Positions 1 through 12,482 of a stretch of 39,090 nucleotides of DNA are shown here, one piece after another. The number at the start of each line of letters is the position of its first letter. Within the stretch, counting starts at the first letter, position 1. The DNA is from Octopus bimaculoides. Its lineage: Eukaryota. The notes beneath the pieces are model-generated. The model was given only the letters and a program-made list of their open reading frames with translations, was not told where the DNA came from and made no database searches. The position numbers and the translations under genes are program-made. The DNA lies in NCBI RefSeq assembly GCF_001194135.2, contig NC_068981.1, positions 61,867,576 through 61,906,665 of the forward strand, in the 5' to 3' direction.

Positions 1-585
1 GTGTATTCTTTTGTGTGTGTGTGTGTGTGTAGTTTTAAACTTATGAATGGTTCACTGTCTGTGTTTGTTCACAAAATGAAAATAAATAAAGAAGAAAAAA
101 AAAGTTTTGGTTTTGCTTCGTGTGTGACATGTGTTTTCATATGCGTGAGAGTGTCCTGTGATTTTCACGTAGTTGTGTAAACATTAAGATGCATGTGTAG
201 TCCTATGGGTATCAAAACGTATATATCATTGTGTACACGTTCGAGTGTATGCGTAATTATTCAATATATGTACTTACTATTTTGTTCCATTTCTTTTTTA
301 TATAGTTTGTAAACTTTCCGGTGTTGGTTTTGCGTGTGTGATCGCACGTGTTTAATTGAGACATCGTGCATAGGAGGACCTGTGCTTTGTATGGCAGTAA
401 AATTTCATTTTTTAAGAATAAAAAATATTTTTTTTTAATTATCCTCGTTAAAAGACCGCTTCCTTCAAATCTTCCACCGGTTCTTTTGCCTAATTCCATC
501 GATGTTATTGGATTAGATTTGTTTTTGTATAGAGAGCCCGGTGTAGCACATCCATGTTGTTATTCATCCCGGTGCTGTTTTTTTT

Positions 586-881
<296 letters not shown>

Positions 882-882
<1 letters not shown>

Positions 883-942
883 GCGTTTAACATTTGCTTT
901 GTTGACTCCAAGTCTGACTCAGAGACCTCAAGAGACAAGAAG
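882..942 (-). mobile_element. Short 3' terminal fragment of a non-LTR retrotransposon with a (TAA)n tail
   Basis: Minus strand reads CTTCTTGTCTCTTGAGGTCTCTGAGTCAGACTTGGAGTCAAC...AAACGCAT then (AAT)n. It resembles a cephalopod R4-type LINE 3' UTR I recall; not verified. Confidence 0.45.
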
Positions 943-1530
943 TTATTATTATTGCTGCTGTTGTTTTAATTCTCAGAACATCCAGTCTTGTTTGTTCTGG
1001 TAGATTCTGTGAGAATTAACAGCGTCAGAGGTTTCATAACGTATCTTTCCGCACATCATAAGCTTTGATACTTGGTCGCTATTTATCGTAGAATACATTC
1101 GACATTCAAGTACCAATCACAATATCCTAGCTCTCCCCAACAGAGCAGATTTTGGGGCTTGTTCTGCTCTCATGTCAATTTCAATTCCTTTGACATATTT
1201 CTCTTCGTTGCTAGTGCTCCAGGTGCCCTTACAACCACTGGAATGACAGACACTCTCCATATAGTCCTCATACTTGCAATTTCGTCTTTTAGTAGTCTCT
1301 ATTTTTCAATATCTTCTAGTTCTTTTTCACTTATGCGAACATATCTAGGTAGTGCAATATCTATGATCTTGGATTCCTTCTTTCCTTTATGTACCACAAC
1401 AATATTTGGTCTTCCCGCCTCAATTAGGGAATCAGATTGGATTGTAAAATTCCACTGTATCTTATGGTCCTTGTTCTCGGTCACTCCTCCTGGTTCATGT
1501 TCGTAGCATTTCCGTACTCTGTTCGGGCAG
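943..1530 (-). mobile_element. R4/Dong-clade LINE 3' fragment (restriction-like endonuclease domain, 3' UTR, short TAA tail), degenerate
   Basis: Translation CYEHEPGGVTENKDHKIQWNFTIQSD..IEAGRPNIVVVHK..KIIDIALP..EKELEDIEK, then VVPVVVRAPGAL and KSALLGRARIL. These match the RLE PD..D..P..K motif series of R4-type elements. Confidence 0.85.
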
Positions 1531-1569
1531 TAATTTTCTTTATTTTGGGACTAAATGATCAAAAAACGG

Positions 1570-1712
1570 TGTTACTTATCCCAAAGTGGCTGACTACAAG
1601 TAAAACAATTCTTTGCCAAAGGCATCTCAACAAAGGCAATCTGGTGGACAATTACGGGCCTGTCACCTGCCTGACCCAGATGTGGAAGCTGATGACAGGA
1701 ATAACATCTAAT
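1570..1712 (+). mobile_element. R4/Dong-type reverse transcriptase N-terminal fragment
   Basis: IPKWLTTSKTILCQ..NKGNLVDNYGPVTCLTQMWKLMTGITS matches the PxWLTxGxT..NYRPITCLxxxWKLxTG motif at the start of the RT domain. Confidence 0.8.
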
Positions 1713-1724
1713 TATGTGTGTAAC

Positions 1725-2010
1725 TTCCGGGAAATTTATGACAAACTAATTGAAGCGGCTGTTGTTTGTCAATCAAAATAACCCATGGTATTAGAACATA
1801 CAGACATTATTGGCACAGAACAGTGGGAAGAAGTTTTAGCTTGATTTTTGCAACTATGAAGATTCCGCTCGCACATTCACAGCAAACAAGGCACAGGACC
1901 AGACTGTAGATCGTCTAGGTGTATTTTTACCCACTCCGATTTTTACACAAGCTCAGCTATACGTCGCTATGAGTAGAACAACAGGCTCCAGTAATTTGAA
2001 AATTAGTGTC
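1725..2010 (+). mobile_element. Helitron RepHel (PIF1-like helicase) C-terminal fragment, motifs V-VI
   Basis: 1861-2004 translates as ..TFTANKAQDQTVDRLGVFLPTPIFTQAQLYVAMSRTTGSSNLKI, compared with consensus TINKSQGQT..VG..L..PVFSHGQLYVALSR. Upstream KLIEAAVV fits xVIEAxI. Confidence 0.8.
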
Positions 2011-2767
2011 GACCAAACAGAATATGCCGCCATCGTAATCTTGAAAAGCATCGTAACCATGAGTCCAGCCATTTGACCGTGAAACTTTATGTATTCAATG
2101 TCAATAATATTGAAGTAGGTGGTTTGCTATCGTGATCACTGAAAATCTACCAACTCCACCATAAATTGGAAATCTCTACTGCCACACATACAAAAGTTCG
2201 CTTCTAAAGAGAGATTTCGCTAGTGTCTAAATATTTTAGAAGAATAACTTTAGAAATCTGCTGGGATACCAAAAACACTAATTGAAGTATAGAAACACTA
2301 GCAACATTGTACTTCCTTAAGAAAATGAAGCTCCGAAGATTATTTGACAGTGATGATGAGAATGATGACTAAGATGTATCGAGGGTTTGAAAGAGGAGTA
2401 TTTCGTTGTCTTTTATATTGCCTCTACTGATCTGTACCAGTGGTTAAGAGAATGTAATTATTCTGTGGCTATCGAATATTAAAGAATGTATTTCTCTAAA
2501 TGTTTACTGCTTTATTTACTGGCTCTGGCGAATCATTTATACTAGTTACAAACAGCGCGATTCAAACAGAATATTCTCTTAAACATTATCATTTTATTTA
2601 TGTGTCTAATATTTTATTAGCGCAGAAATTTCTACTAAGTCCAAGTCAAGAAATCACCAATTTTTTTAAATTAATATTCACATTTTATTGTACCCGTAAC
2701 CGTAAGAGTATTGTTTTATGATCTTTATATCTGTCCACCTACGCACACAGACTCAGTCACATGAAAA

Positions 2768-2773
2768 CACACT

Positions 2774-2822
<49 letters not shown>

Positions 2823-2890
2823 ATGTGTGTCTGTGCATGTGTATGTGTGCGTGTGTGTGTGCGTGTGTATGGGTGTGCGTGTGTGTGTGT

Positions 2891-2940
<50 letters not shown>
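2768..2940. repeat. Compound dinucleotide microsatellite (CA)/(TA)n/(TG)n/(GA)n
   Basis: Read directly. Confidence 0.95.
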
Positions 2941-2943
<3 letters not shown>

Positions 2944-4535
2944 CGTTCATGTATATACAGACAGAAGCAGATATAGAAACAGATAATCATTTTCGAGATA
3001 GTGGGTCTAAATGAATTTGGAAATTAGAAAATAAGTATAACCTAAAAACAAATAACTAAGATTATCATCGGCAACCAAAGTATATTCAAGTCTGAATATA
3101 TGAAGTAACTTCCTGCTCTCATAAGAAGTATGTGGAAAACATTTCAAAAAGTTCAGAAACTTGAACGTTCCACGTTCAATGCTTAACTGCAATAAATTCG
3201 AGTGATTTCCACTAAATCTCTAGAAGCATCTATATGTTTGAATTCAATTCACAACTTCAGTATGTATGCATGTATATACACACGCGCGTACGCACACCCA
3301 CACATAGATATGCTTATTTATACTGAATGCGTTGCTGCAGATTCGAATGTGAATACCGTACACGCTGTAGTATATCGTCACAAGAAATCAGATTCTACTT
3401 TAGAGCGAATGTTTTCATAAGATACTTGATTCACTAGTAACAAGTTTTTCTGGAACAACCGTTGTTACTATATCGTTGTATTTCTTTAGACAGTAGTTCT
3501 TCAGGAAACCTATCAATCTAACAAGAGCTGTTGCCCACGCTTACATCTTCAGCAAATAAAATTTTCGCTGATCTGTGTTCATATGCATTTTGAACAACGT
3601 GTATCAAATCAATAGCTTTCATGTATATTCTTAATACATTTGGATCGATTCGAAAATGAGTAGCCAAATTGGTGTATTTCGTCATCCATAGCATTACTTT
3701 TCTCAAAAGTTTGTTAGCATTTACTTTACTTAAAATACTTGAGTTTTCATTCCGTTCTTTCATTTCGTTCATTTCTAACTGAAGTAACATCAATTGATTT
3801 ATGCATTCCAGTTAAAATATCAAGACTACATGTTGCTATTAGTATAGTTTTAAAATAGTTTGTGCATCGATCACAATTCATAATATGAAAAATTTATTCA
3901 CGTATATGAATGTATGAGCTTAGTTAATTTCAAAGTCGTTCGCAAATCGAGAAACATTTTAGTCATGTGAAACCAACGGAAGAATCGTTTACGCAACAGG
4001 ATACAGCTAAATTAGCGAAAAGTATTTATCATTTGGTAGCGCTTTCAGCTTGCTATCGCATGAACAATATTATATATAGCTGTACGCCTTCGCAATAGGG
4101 TCACTGTGCTAATTTCTAACTCGCGAAAATATCGTTATTTCAATTTATGATATTGTTTACCACCGTATTTGCTTAAGCTCAAAGATAATACTGAGGCAAA
4201 CAACTTCATTAGTATATGAATCTCAATGGCTATTCAAATAGTAAAAATAATAAACTATTCCGCATAGCTTAAAAATATTCAAGTAAAATTACTTTCATAT
4301 ATGTCTTCATATTATATATTTACGGGCAAATTATCCAAGAAACGTAAAATGAACAAAGAAATTACTCGGAATCTCCATTAATATAAAACATAACAGTATT
4401 AAAATAAATTCAGAATACGTTTGAATTTTTCTGGAGCGTTTTGTATAACTGTTAGTGTTTTGAGTTTTTTACTAATTCAAACCACATAGCTTGTGTTTGT
4501 AAAAGTATGTGGTGTGTATAGACGTTTATGTACAA

Positions 4536-4575
<40 letters not shown>

Positions 4576-4724
4576 GTGCGGTTAAAGCTGAATTAGCCGA
4601 CAGAAGTCGTTTCATGTTGAAAGATTTGAAATGTATAATTAACAATTTCGTTAGCAGTTTATTAGAAAGAATTACACCCATGTTTTGTCGTTAGCTACCT
4701 CAACACCTCCTTTATAGGAGCCAG

Positions 4725-5640
4725 TGGCTATGGACATCATTAAGAGGAAGCACGTCTGGTTTCGGTTCCTACTACTCTACCGTTCTCGACGTGACGCACT
4801 CTCCCCTTTCGGAGGTGCCTTCAGCTCTGGTGTTGAGTGCATTTTTTAAATTTCTTTGGCCTTTTGTTCTTTGGTTTCTTCATTGTAGTTTCAATGAATG
4901 TCAGTGGGCGAATGACGTCCCTGCCAAATCCCGCTGTAAATACTGACCGGTAGTTTCCAGTAACCAGCGCCAGCTAGCTGTCACGTGATGCAATCTAAAC
5001 TTCTACTGACTAATGGAGAGGAAGGGCACATAGTTTTGGCCTTCGTCCTCTCTATACCTACCTTCCATTAGAGTGGTGTTAGTTTCAGCTCCAGCACCCA
5101 GAGCCTACTAGGTACCAGGTGGTACAATCCTTCGAACTATGGAGAAGGTGAGCACGCAATAAACGAGATGGTTACCTTGGTCAACCTGCCAAACAGCAAC
5201 TCTTTTTATGTGCCAGCCAGCCTCACCTAGCGACGCTATTTCCCATTTCGGGTCTTCTCGTTTCAGCCATGTATTGAAGTTGAAGCTGTCTTTGTTGACT
5301 GACTCCTCTATACTCCTTATTACATTTCTCAGCTCTAAGCTAAAAAACGCAAACCTTCTTTTAAATAACGTCGATATTTTCCTTTCAATGAAGCCTCTAG
5401 CCCCCACTGCCAGGTGGTAATATTTTACAGTCCACCCTGAGTTATAGGTAATGGATAAAGTTTTTTGAACGCAAATTTGGCTGTTAGTAATAAATATAAG
5501 TCCAAGAAATGAGATCGCAATTTCATTAATCATTCGGGATCCTATATCTTACCTGAAGCGTTTTGCAGTATGTAATTATTCTACTCGTAATGCCTGGCAC
5601 AACCGGATTGAAGCATTTCGCTATGAAAATCATGTATGTT
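4725..5640 (-). mobile_element. HERO-like RLE non-LTR retrotransposon 3' fragment (ORF C-terminus plus 3' UTR)
   Basis: ORF 5533-5108 contains GWTVKYYHLAVGARGFI...EESVNKDSF..TWLKREDPKW, resembling the GW...EVGxRGF...ASxWxWxKR..W C-terminus of HERO-type elements. The 3' UTR extent is inferred. Confidence 0.6.
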
Positions 5641-5799
5641 AAGCAAAGGCAAACATTTATAGAAAACACACAAATAGAATAATGTCATGTACAGAAATGA
5701 ATGCCAGAGCACACGTACGAGCGAACAGCGTACGTGAAGTAAGAAGGGTTATTGAAGGTAATGTAATATTAACAACAATCACGGAAATGTAACAAATAT

Positions 5800-6738
5800 C
5801 AACGAAATGCTTGTAGGAAGTGTGATTGCTAACGGCTACAGTTTCGAGTAGATGTGAAGGTTTGAGCAGCAGAAGCCTATGGGTTTTCCTGATCACATTG
5901 CATGCTGTATAGAATGGAGAAATAATAGACATATGCCCAATGGTAGTAGCATGGTGGGAAGCGCAGTCTTCGGCTGGGTTGTAGTGAAGTGCTTTAAAAG
6001 CCAACCGACTGACCGATGGTTTTGATGTGCCTCTACGCAGGGCCTTCATTGGTTTGAAGTCGCATTGTCCTCTCTTCATCCGTTACTGAAGCCCTTGCAG
6101 TGGACATTAAAGCAGCATTCAAAGTCTGAAAATTTGTGTGCGGTGCTGTTGACTCTTCAGCCCGTGCAGCAGCAAAAGTGTTAGCATTATGCATCCTTCG
6201 GGTGATGCACTGTGCTTGTGACACTGCAGCCCGTGCTGCATCAACGGTTTTAGCATTAAGTACCCTACGGGCTGTGCGTTGATGTAGTGACTGTGAGGCT
6301 CTCGTAGCAGCAATAGTTTCAGTATTACAGTTCTTTCGGGCTGTGCGAGTCTGTAGCCGTTGAATCTGAAGCGTTTTTGGCAAGATGCGGCAACCGGATA
6401 GCCCGTTGTTGATGTGACCCGGTAGCCCTTGCAGGTGAAGCATTGTTGGCAAGACGCGCCAATGGAATAGTCCTCATTGAGGTGACTTTGTAGCCCTGGC
6501 GTCAGAAACATTTACTGCATGAGGGGCTCGGTCAGTCACAAGATCTTCTTCAGTCTTGGAAGCCTTAACGGTTGCAGAGGTTGTCTGTGAGTTTATTGCA
6601 CGGGCGGCGGCATCGTAGACAGCCTGCTGGGACAGTCTATGGGACTTCTGGTCTTGAGTTTCGTTATTCTGATATCCTTTGGCTTTGACGACAACGTGGG
6701 ACAGTCTACCAATGCGAGCTCTCTCTCCTAGGTGACAT
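5800..6738 (-). pseudogene. Helitron RepHel N-terminal region, frameshifted
   Basis: ATG at 6738 gives MSPRRE.S.IGRLS..NETQDQKSHRL. It is followed by charged Ala/Arg repeats (ARAEE..ARASVTDEERTMRLQ), then ALHYNPAEDCASH..IGHMSII, GFCCSN and KHFVDI, typical of the Helitron N-terminal Zn region. Confidence 0.7.
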
Positions 6739-7416
6739 ATCAGGGTTATCTGCAGAGTGAAGGTAGAGCGGAGTTAAGCCTGAATGATATTTGTCGTATT
6801 ATTGTTTACTGAGTAGTTTGAGAAAATTATCAGAATCACCTTAGGAAGTTTTGAAACATCTGAGCCCATGGGCAACTGGCTAAACGTTGTCTTAAAGCAT
6901 TTAAAATTAATTAAATGTTGATTTATATTATATGGCTACCTCAAGGAAATGCTAACGTGCAACTATCGTCAGTTTGCAGTGAATGGGCATTGTAAAAACT
7001 GTATAACTGTAACAGTTTGGTATGAGCAAAGGCAGAGAATACATATAACATGGATTAATTTCTGAAGGCATTTAACAAATAATTAACCTCCTGAAGGAAG
7101 TGCTAATGTGCAAATATCGGCGTTTTGCATGGAATGAGTATTGTAAAAACTGTAGTAGAACACAAAGTTAAAGTAGCATAAGAGTAATATCCTTTGAATC
7201 AGCGATCGTTGGCATTTGTTATTTACCTATGGTAAGCTTTTTCCGTCCCGTACAGGTGGAATTACTCATTATGTGGAAAATTTGAAGAGTATACGACCAT
7301 CTCCGGAACCTAAGTGATGTATGTTTCCACCGTCAATGAAATCGGAAGGAAAATACTAATTTCATAGGGGATCAAGGAAAGGCCTGTACACACACACACA
7401 CACATCTTCCGTTTTA
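6739..7416 (-). mobile_element. Helitron 5' leader and terminal region
   Basis: Contiguous with the RepHel start. The minus strand begins ATAAAACGGAAGATGTGTGTGTG...CCGATTTCATTGAC, the layout of Helitron 5' ends (TCTATATATATAAAA...(TG)n...CCGATT). Confidence 0.5.
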
Positions 7417-8010
7417 TTATTATTGTTCAGTAGTTTTATTTTTATAACGTGCTTTCACTTCACTACCGAGCGCAGCTCTGTGCGCCTTGGGTATGTGCTG
7501 TGGTTTGCTGTGGTGCTCTTATGTTTACTGTATTGAAAGTGTTTTGCGTAGAATGTGTGCAGTACCCAGTAGTGCAATTTTCTGTATGTTATATATATTT
7601 GTAAGTCCTGGTGTTTTTCTTATGTATTTGTCTGAATATTTTTTTATTATACCTAATGCACCTACTATGATAGGAATTGTTTCTGTTTTTAGATTCCACA
7701 TTCGAGTTATCTCTATTTCCAGGACTTTGTATTTTGAAAGTTTTTCCATTTCTTTTAGAGAAACGTTGTCATCTACTGGTATTGATACATCAATTAGAAA
7801 GCATTTTTTTTCTTCATGATCTTTGACAACTATATCTGGTCTATTTGCCTTAATTTCTTTATCTGTGTGTATTGGCATATCCCAGAGTATGGTTGCTTTC
7901 TCGTTTTTTGTGACATTTTCTGGCGTGTGTTTATAGCATCTTTTTTCTGTTGTTATTCCATAGTGTTGGCATAGCTTCCATTGTATATAGGTCCCAGCTC
8001 TGTCGTGTCT

Positions 8011-8011
<1 letters not shown>
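7413..8011 (-). mobile_element. 5'-truncated R4/Dong-clade LINE with well-preserved RLE domain, 3' UTR and TAA tail
   Basis: RHDRAGTYIQWKLCQHYGI..YKHTPENVTKNEKATILWDMPIHTDKEIKANRPDIVVKD..FLIDVSIP..EKLSKYK..IPIIVGALG..QKIALLGTAHILRKTLSIQ*. The 3' UTR ends in AATAATAATAA. Confidence 0.93.
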
Positions 8012-8205
<194 letters not shown>

Positions 8206-9708
8206 TGATACTTATAATAATTGAAAATCAACATGAACTACATTGAAGTCTTATCTGAAATATGACACACACATTTAACTGAAAACACCGAAAGAGGTAG
8301 GACATTGAGGAGAAAATAATTGAATATGAGTAAATATTTCTTTCATTTTTAGATACGTAGTATTCGTGTTTGTTAATGAGAATGTTTGTTCTATATCAAC
8401 AAAGATTACTTTCTAGATTATATTTATATTCATGTTTCGCAAATATTTTATTTACTTATTTTCGTAGTCAATTGATGTTTCTTTATTTTGTTCGTTTTTA
8501 TTGATTATTTAAAATACTAATTCGGATCAGAAATATTCTGATATCCCATTTAGGTCTCATAGTTCTTCCCCTTTATTGAATTTAAATTACTTACATTATA
8601 CGTGATTTAATTAATGACATATTAATATTTTCTCAGCGGTGGACTATTCCATTACATTTAATGGAGGTCATTGTGCTTAAACTATTGATATGCTATAAGT
8701 GATCTGCATAGAAATATCTATGACTACGTATTTGTGACACGTCTATCAGAATATTAGAATAAATGATCAATCAAATGCCGTTAGGCAAAAGGATGATTCT
8801 TAAGAGCTACAACACCATAGAATCTATCTGCACTCACGTCATATATGGGGGGAAGATTTTTTAATAATTGCCACTCATCCCTTATTCCATTCAAACTGGC
8901 TTTAAAATAATGACCAAATATAATACCGATACTTATACAGTTTATACAGTCGGAGTTGAAATCGACACTAAATTATTTGAGACACGCCTTCTTACATGTG
9001 AACCGATACCTTCGTGACTTTAATGACGTCTTTCTAATCTGGTCACGCGTAGTCCAGTTATCGACACCATTATCCTCGATTCGCTGCTGAGTACCTTTGG
9101 TTTCGAAAATATCCGATACATTGACTCTGACACCATTAAACCAAGCTCAAGCATATGACTAGTGTCTTGTAGTAACCATAATGCCTCTCAAAACATTTCA
9201 TGCTAACATGCATTGAATAGTTGAGAAATGTAGAGTGTGTGACTCGAAATTGTACCAACTGTTAGCAATTTTGTTTATACGTTGTGGTGACGAAAATGCG
9301 GAAGCAGCCTTTACAGATAGAACCAAGAGAGGTGGCTTGGAAATGAGGCCCCAAACTGTCACGCTCTATAGTATTATCCCATACTATTAGAAATCCAGGA
9401 ACTAGAACATATTTGAGGAGTACCAATTATCTCTTCCTGTGATCGCATTTACTGAAACGTTCTGCCAACAAATGATTCGTATTTCCGAGGTTCAGCTTCT
9501 CTGGAACTCTTGTGCGCCTTCATTCACATAAAGGAACATAAACGAAATATGCAGCAACATTCTATAGACATTTTCCGTGACATAACGATGAAGTATCTCA
9601 TTTCACAACGAATATTGTAGGGCAGATCATTCATTTCTGAAAACTTTTTGCCAGTGGAACTCAAATGCTGCTATCAGTTTTAAAATCCATAATATATTAT
9701 CCACAGGT

Positions 9709-9925
9709 AAGGTGGCGAGTTGGAAAATCGTTTGCACGCCGTACAAAATGCTTAGCAGCATTTAGTCCGTCTTTACGTTCTGTATTTAAATCCACCGAAG
9801 TTGATTTGGGCCTTCATCCTTTTGTGGTCGTTAAAATATACATCAGTTAAGCACTGGGATTCCATCTAATCGACTTCTCTTCTTCGACAAAGTTGCTGGC
9901 CTTGTGCCCAAAATTTGAAATCAGT
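9709..9925 (+). mobile_element. tRNA-derived SINE (cephalopod type, Meta/MESC-like central domain), diverged
   Basis: A-box-like GGTGGCGAGTTGG, B-box-like GTATTTAAATCC, central GCCTTCATCCTTTTGTGGTCGTTAAAATA..CAGTT, and tail CTTGTGCCCAAAATTTGAAA. Confidence 0.8.
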
Positions 9926-10849
9926 ATATTATCCCGAGTTAAAATTGTATTGAGGAAAATGCTGATATTTCACATTTGAAAATATTGCATCAGATATCTT
10001 TGCTTTATTCTTGTAGAAAACTCCAAAAAATAGACTTTTATTTATTCAGGGTGAATATAAAGAAAGGATAAGTAATCGGCTTCGAATATGCATCAGATTA
10101 CTTGATACATGGTAGAGCAACGCATAAGTAGAAAGTATAGTGCTTGAAGAATATGCTTTATTTACAACGTACGACACATTTAAAAATTTTTTTTAATATT
10201 TTATATCTTAAACACTGTCTTTGACAATATCCAAATACAACCTAATGGATGCAAGTCAGCTGTAAATCAAAAAAGGTTACAGAATACAGCATTTTGCCAT
10301 TTTGTTAATTGGTATATTTTTTATTTCATTCTTCTATAAGTAGAATGGTGGTAATGCTCAACACATTGTTGATATTTGTAGTTTGGATATTATGTTAGAA
10401 AGAAGTTTTGTGTGCATCATCTTTTAATTTTCTTTTTTTTTTATATGATGTCAAATGTAATAATGGATTGACACATGTGTATGTCATAAGAGCGTTAACT
10501 AAAAGCCAAGAGGACAATGCACGGCATTCTTGCTGTACATGCCAAAGAAGCTTTGAATCCACCACTATTATGTATTGCACTGTCCTTCATTTTACTTATA
10601 CGGACACACGCACAGATATACATATATAAATTGATATATAAATATACATATTTATGTATACATACATGCTCACACACGGAGGCATATATATATATATATA
10701 CACACACACACATACACATATTTATATATCTATATATATAAGGAGAGGGAAAGAGCAGTTAAAGCCAAACTCCAACGTGTTAAATGGGTGTTATTTTATA
10801 TATANNNNNNNNNNNNNNNNNNNNNNNNNNNNNNNNNTATATATATAAA

Positions 10850-10990
10850 GTGAAGTATATTGCCTTTAAATGTGGCTGACCCCTAGGGGTGGATGTTACT
10901 GTTGCTTTTAGTCCCAGGAGGACATCTCCTCCAGCTGGCTTATCGACACACTTCTGTGCAGTTACTGTTAATACCTCATTTAGAGAATTA
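10850..10990. repeat. Unclassified interspersed repeat fragment
   Basis: A GC-richer island (GCTGACCCCTAGGGGTGGATG..CCCAGGAGGACATCTCCTCCAGCTGG) between (TA)n tracts. It resembles a repeat I recall from octopus; not verified. Confidence 0.3.
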
Positions 10991-11039
10991 ACATTGCTTA
11001 TATATATATATATATATGACTATATATATATATATATAT

Positions 11040-11710
11040 ATTGAAATCTATGATACAAATTTGACATGGGCGAGGGTTGTATTCTATCTTTTCTTGAGAT
11101 TCACATTCAAACAGCTGGGTGGATTCGCTTGAAAAATGGCACACATGTGGTGACGGGTGCATAGATTAGAATGCCCTTTGTATTTATTTCCTAGGCTCCG
11201 TAGTTACCGAGAAAATTTATTAAAACAACCTGCGTGCGTGCGTGCGTGTGTATGAGTGTGTGTCACTGAAGCTATTCATACACACATACATACATACATA
11301 CATACATAACTTCTCTCTCTGTCAATCACTCACACATTCACTTACTACAAAAACTGAATGTAAATATTTCAGTTATCTCTCTCTCTTTCTTTCTCTCTCT
11401 CTCATATACACACACACCATCAACATTACTCTCTCTGTCTCTTCACACACACTCACGAAGGCAACTCATATACACACCACACATTCTCTTTCGCACACCC
11501 CATCAAACATACACACACATTCTCACACAGACACACATACGCACACACACGCACGCACATCAATTCTTCCGTCTCACTCAACTTCAAAATAACTTCACGC
11601 ATACAACCTGTCTCTGTCTCTATCGCTTCCACGCCGACTTCAAAAGATCCCCTTTTTTCCTCTACCACATATTAAAAAAATATTTTCAGTTGTTCGGGCA
11701 TTGCTATTAC
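11040..11710 (+). mobile_element. Putative non-autonomous Helitron-like element with internal microsatellites
   Basis: Starts after (TA)n and contains CAAACAGCTGGGTGGATTCGCTTGAAAAATGGCACACATG, typical of Helitron-N 5' regions. It has internal (GCGT)/(CATA)/(CT)/(CA) runs and ends TTCGGGCATTGCTATT, similar to the ..CGGG....GCTAGT 3' end. Confidence 0.4.
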
Positions 11711-12409
11711 AGACAAATTCACAACAATTCGACTCGAGAGATAAACACAAACCACTTCGTGCTGACTGCAAAACTCCCGCCAAGTCATTCGCAAAACACA
11801 CACACGTCAATTTCATTTATCTTATTTCAGTTTCTGCTCTCTGATTAAACAAGCGTCAAATACAATAGCTCTCAGCTACATTTTGCTCTCTAAAAAGGTA
11901 CGTGTCTATTTTTTTCTATAAGCGTATAACAATGCCTTATTCCATACTTCCACCGTTAGTTTTTATCGTCACGTTTCTTAAATTGGATACGTCTGCTATT
12001 AAGTTGCAGAACTGTGGTAGTACAGTTACAAATCATTTCTGCTTTACTTCTAATATACAATTTTCCCGTAAATTCTTACAGCTTCATTTTTTGGTGATTA
12101 TTGAAATGTCCCACATTTTCTAACTGTTAAAGCAATTCTTAACGTCAGCTTCTTAATGCCTCTTCTATTTTTTCCTAGTCCCCATACTAACCGAGAAATT
12201 TGATTAAAACTTTCTCTAATGCAAATCTCCTCTTTGTTCCGCCATTAAAACAACCAGTTGCTCACACAGCAACAAGGGCACTAACAGGATGACAGTCAGC
12301 CAAAACTTTTGCTATGCTGTCTCTCTTCTTTCACCTCTATGTTGGGTTAATTATCTTCATCTTTAGTTAGAGTTTCTCATTCAAACTAGATAATACGCAG
12401 AATTGTCGC

Positions 12410-12482
12410 ATTAGTACAGTAGGGTGTTTTGAGGGAGATTTGGCTGCTATTTCTACCAGGCCTACCTACCATGTAGAGGTCT
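12410..12482 (-). mobile_element. Probable SINE 3' fragment
   Basis: Minus strand CCTCTACATGGTAGG..GTAGAAATAGCAGCCAAATCTCCCTCAAAACACCCTAC resembles an octopus SINE tail I recall; not verified. Confidence 0.35.

Noticed and set aside
257-560. 80-aa minus-strand ORF and GC-richer patch before the microsatellite
   Set aside because: No recognisable motif in any frame I read.
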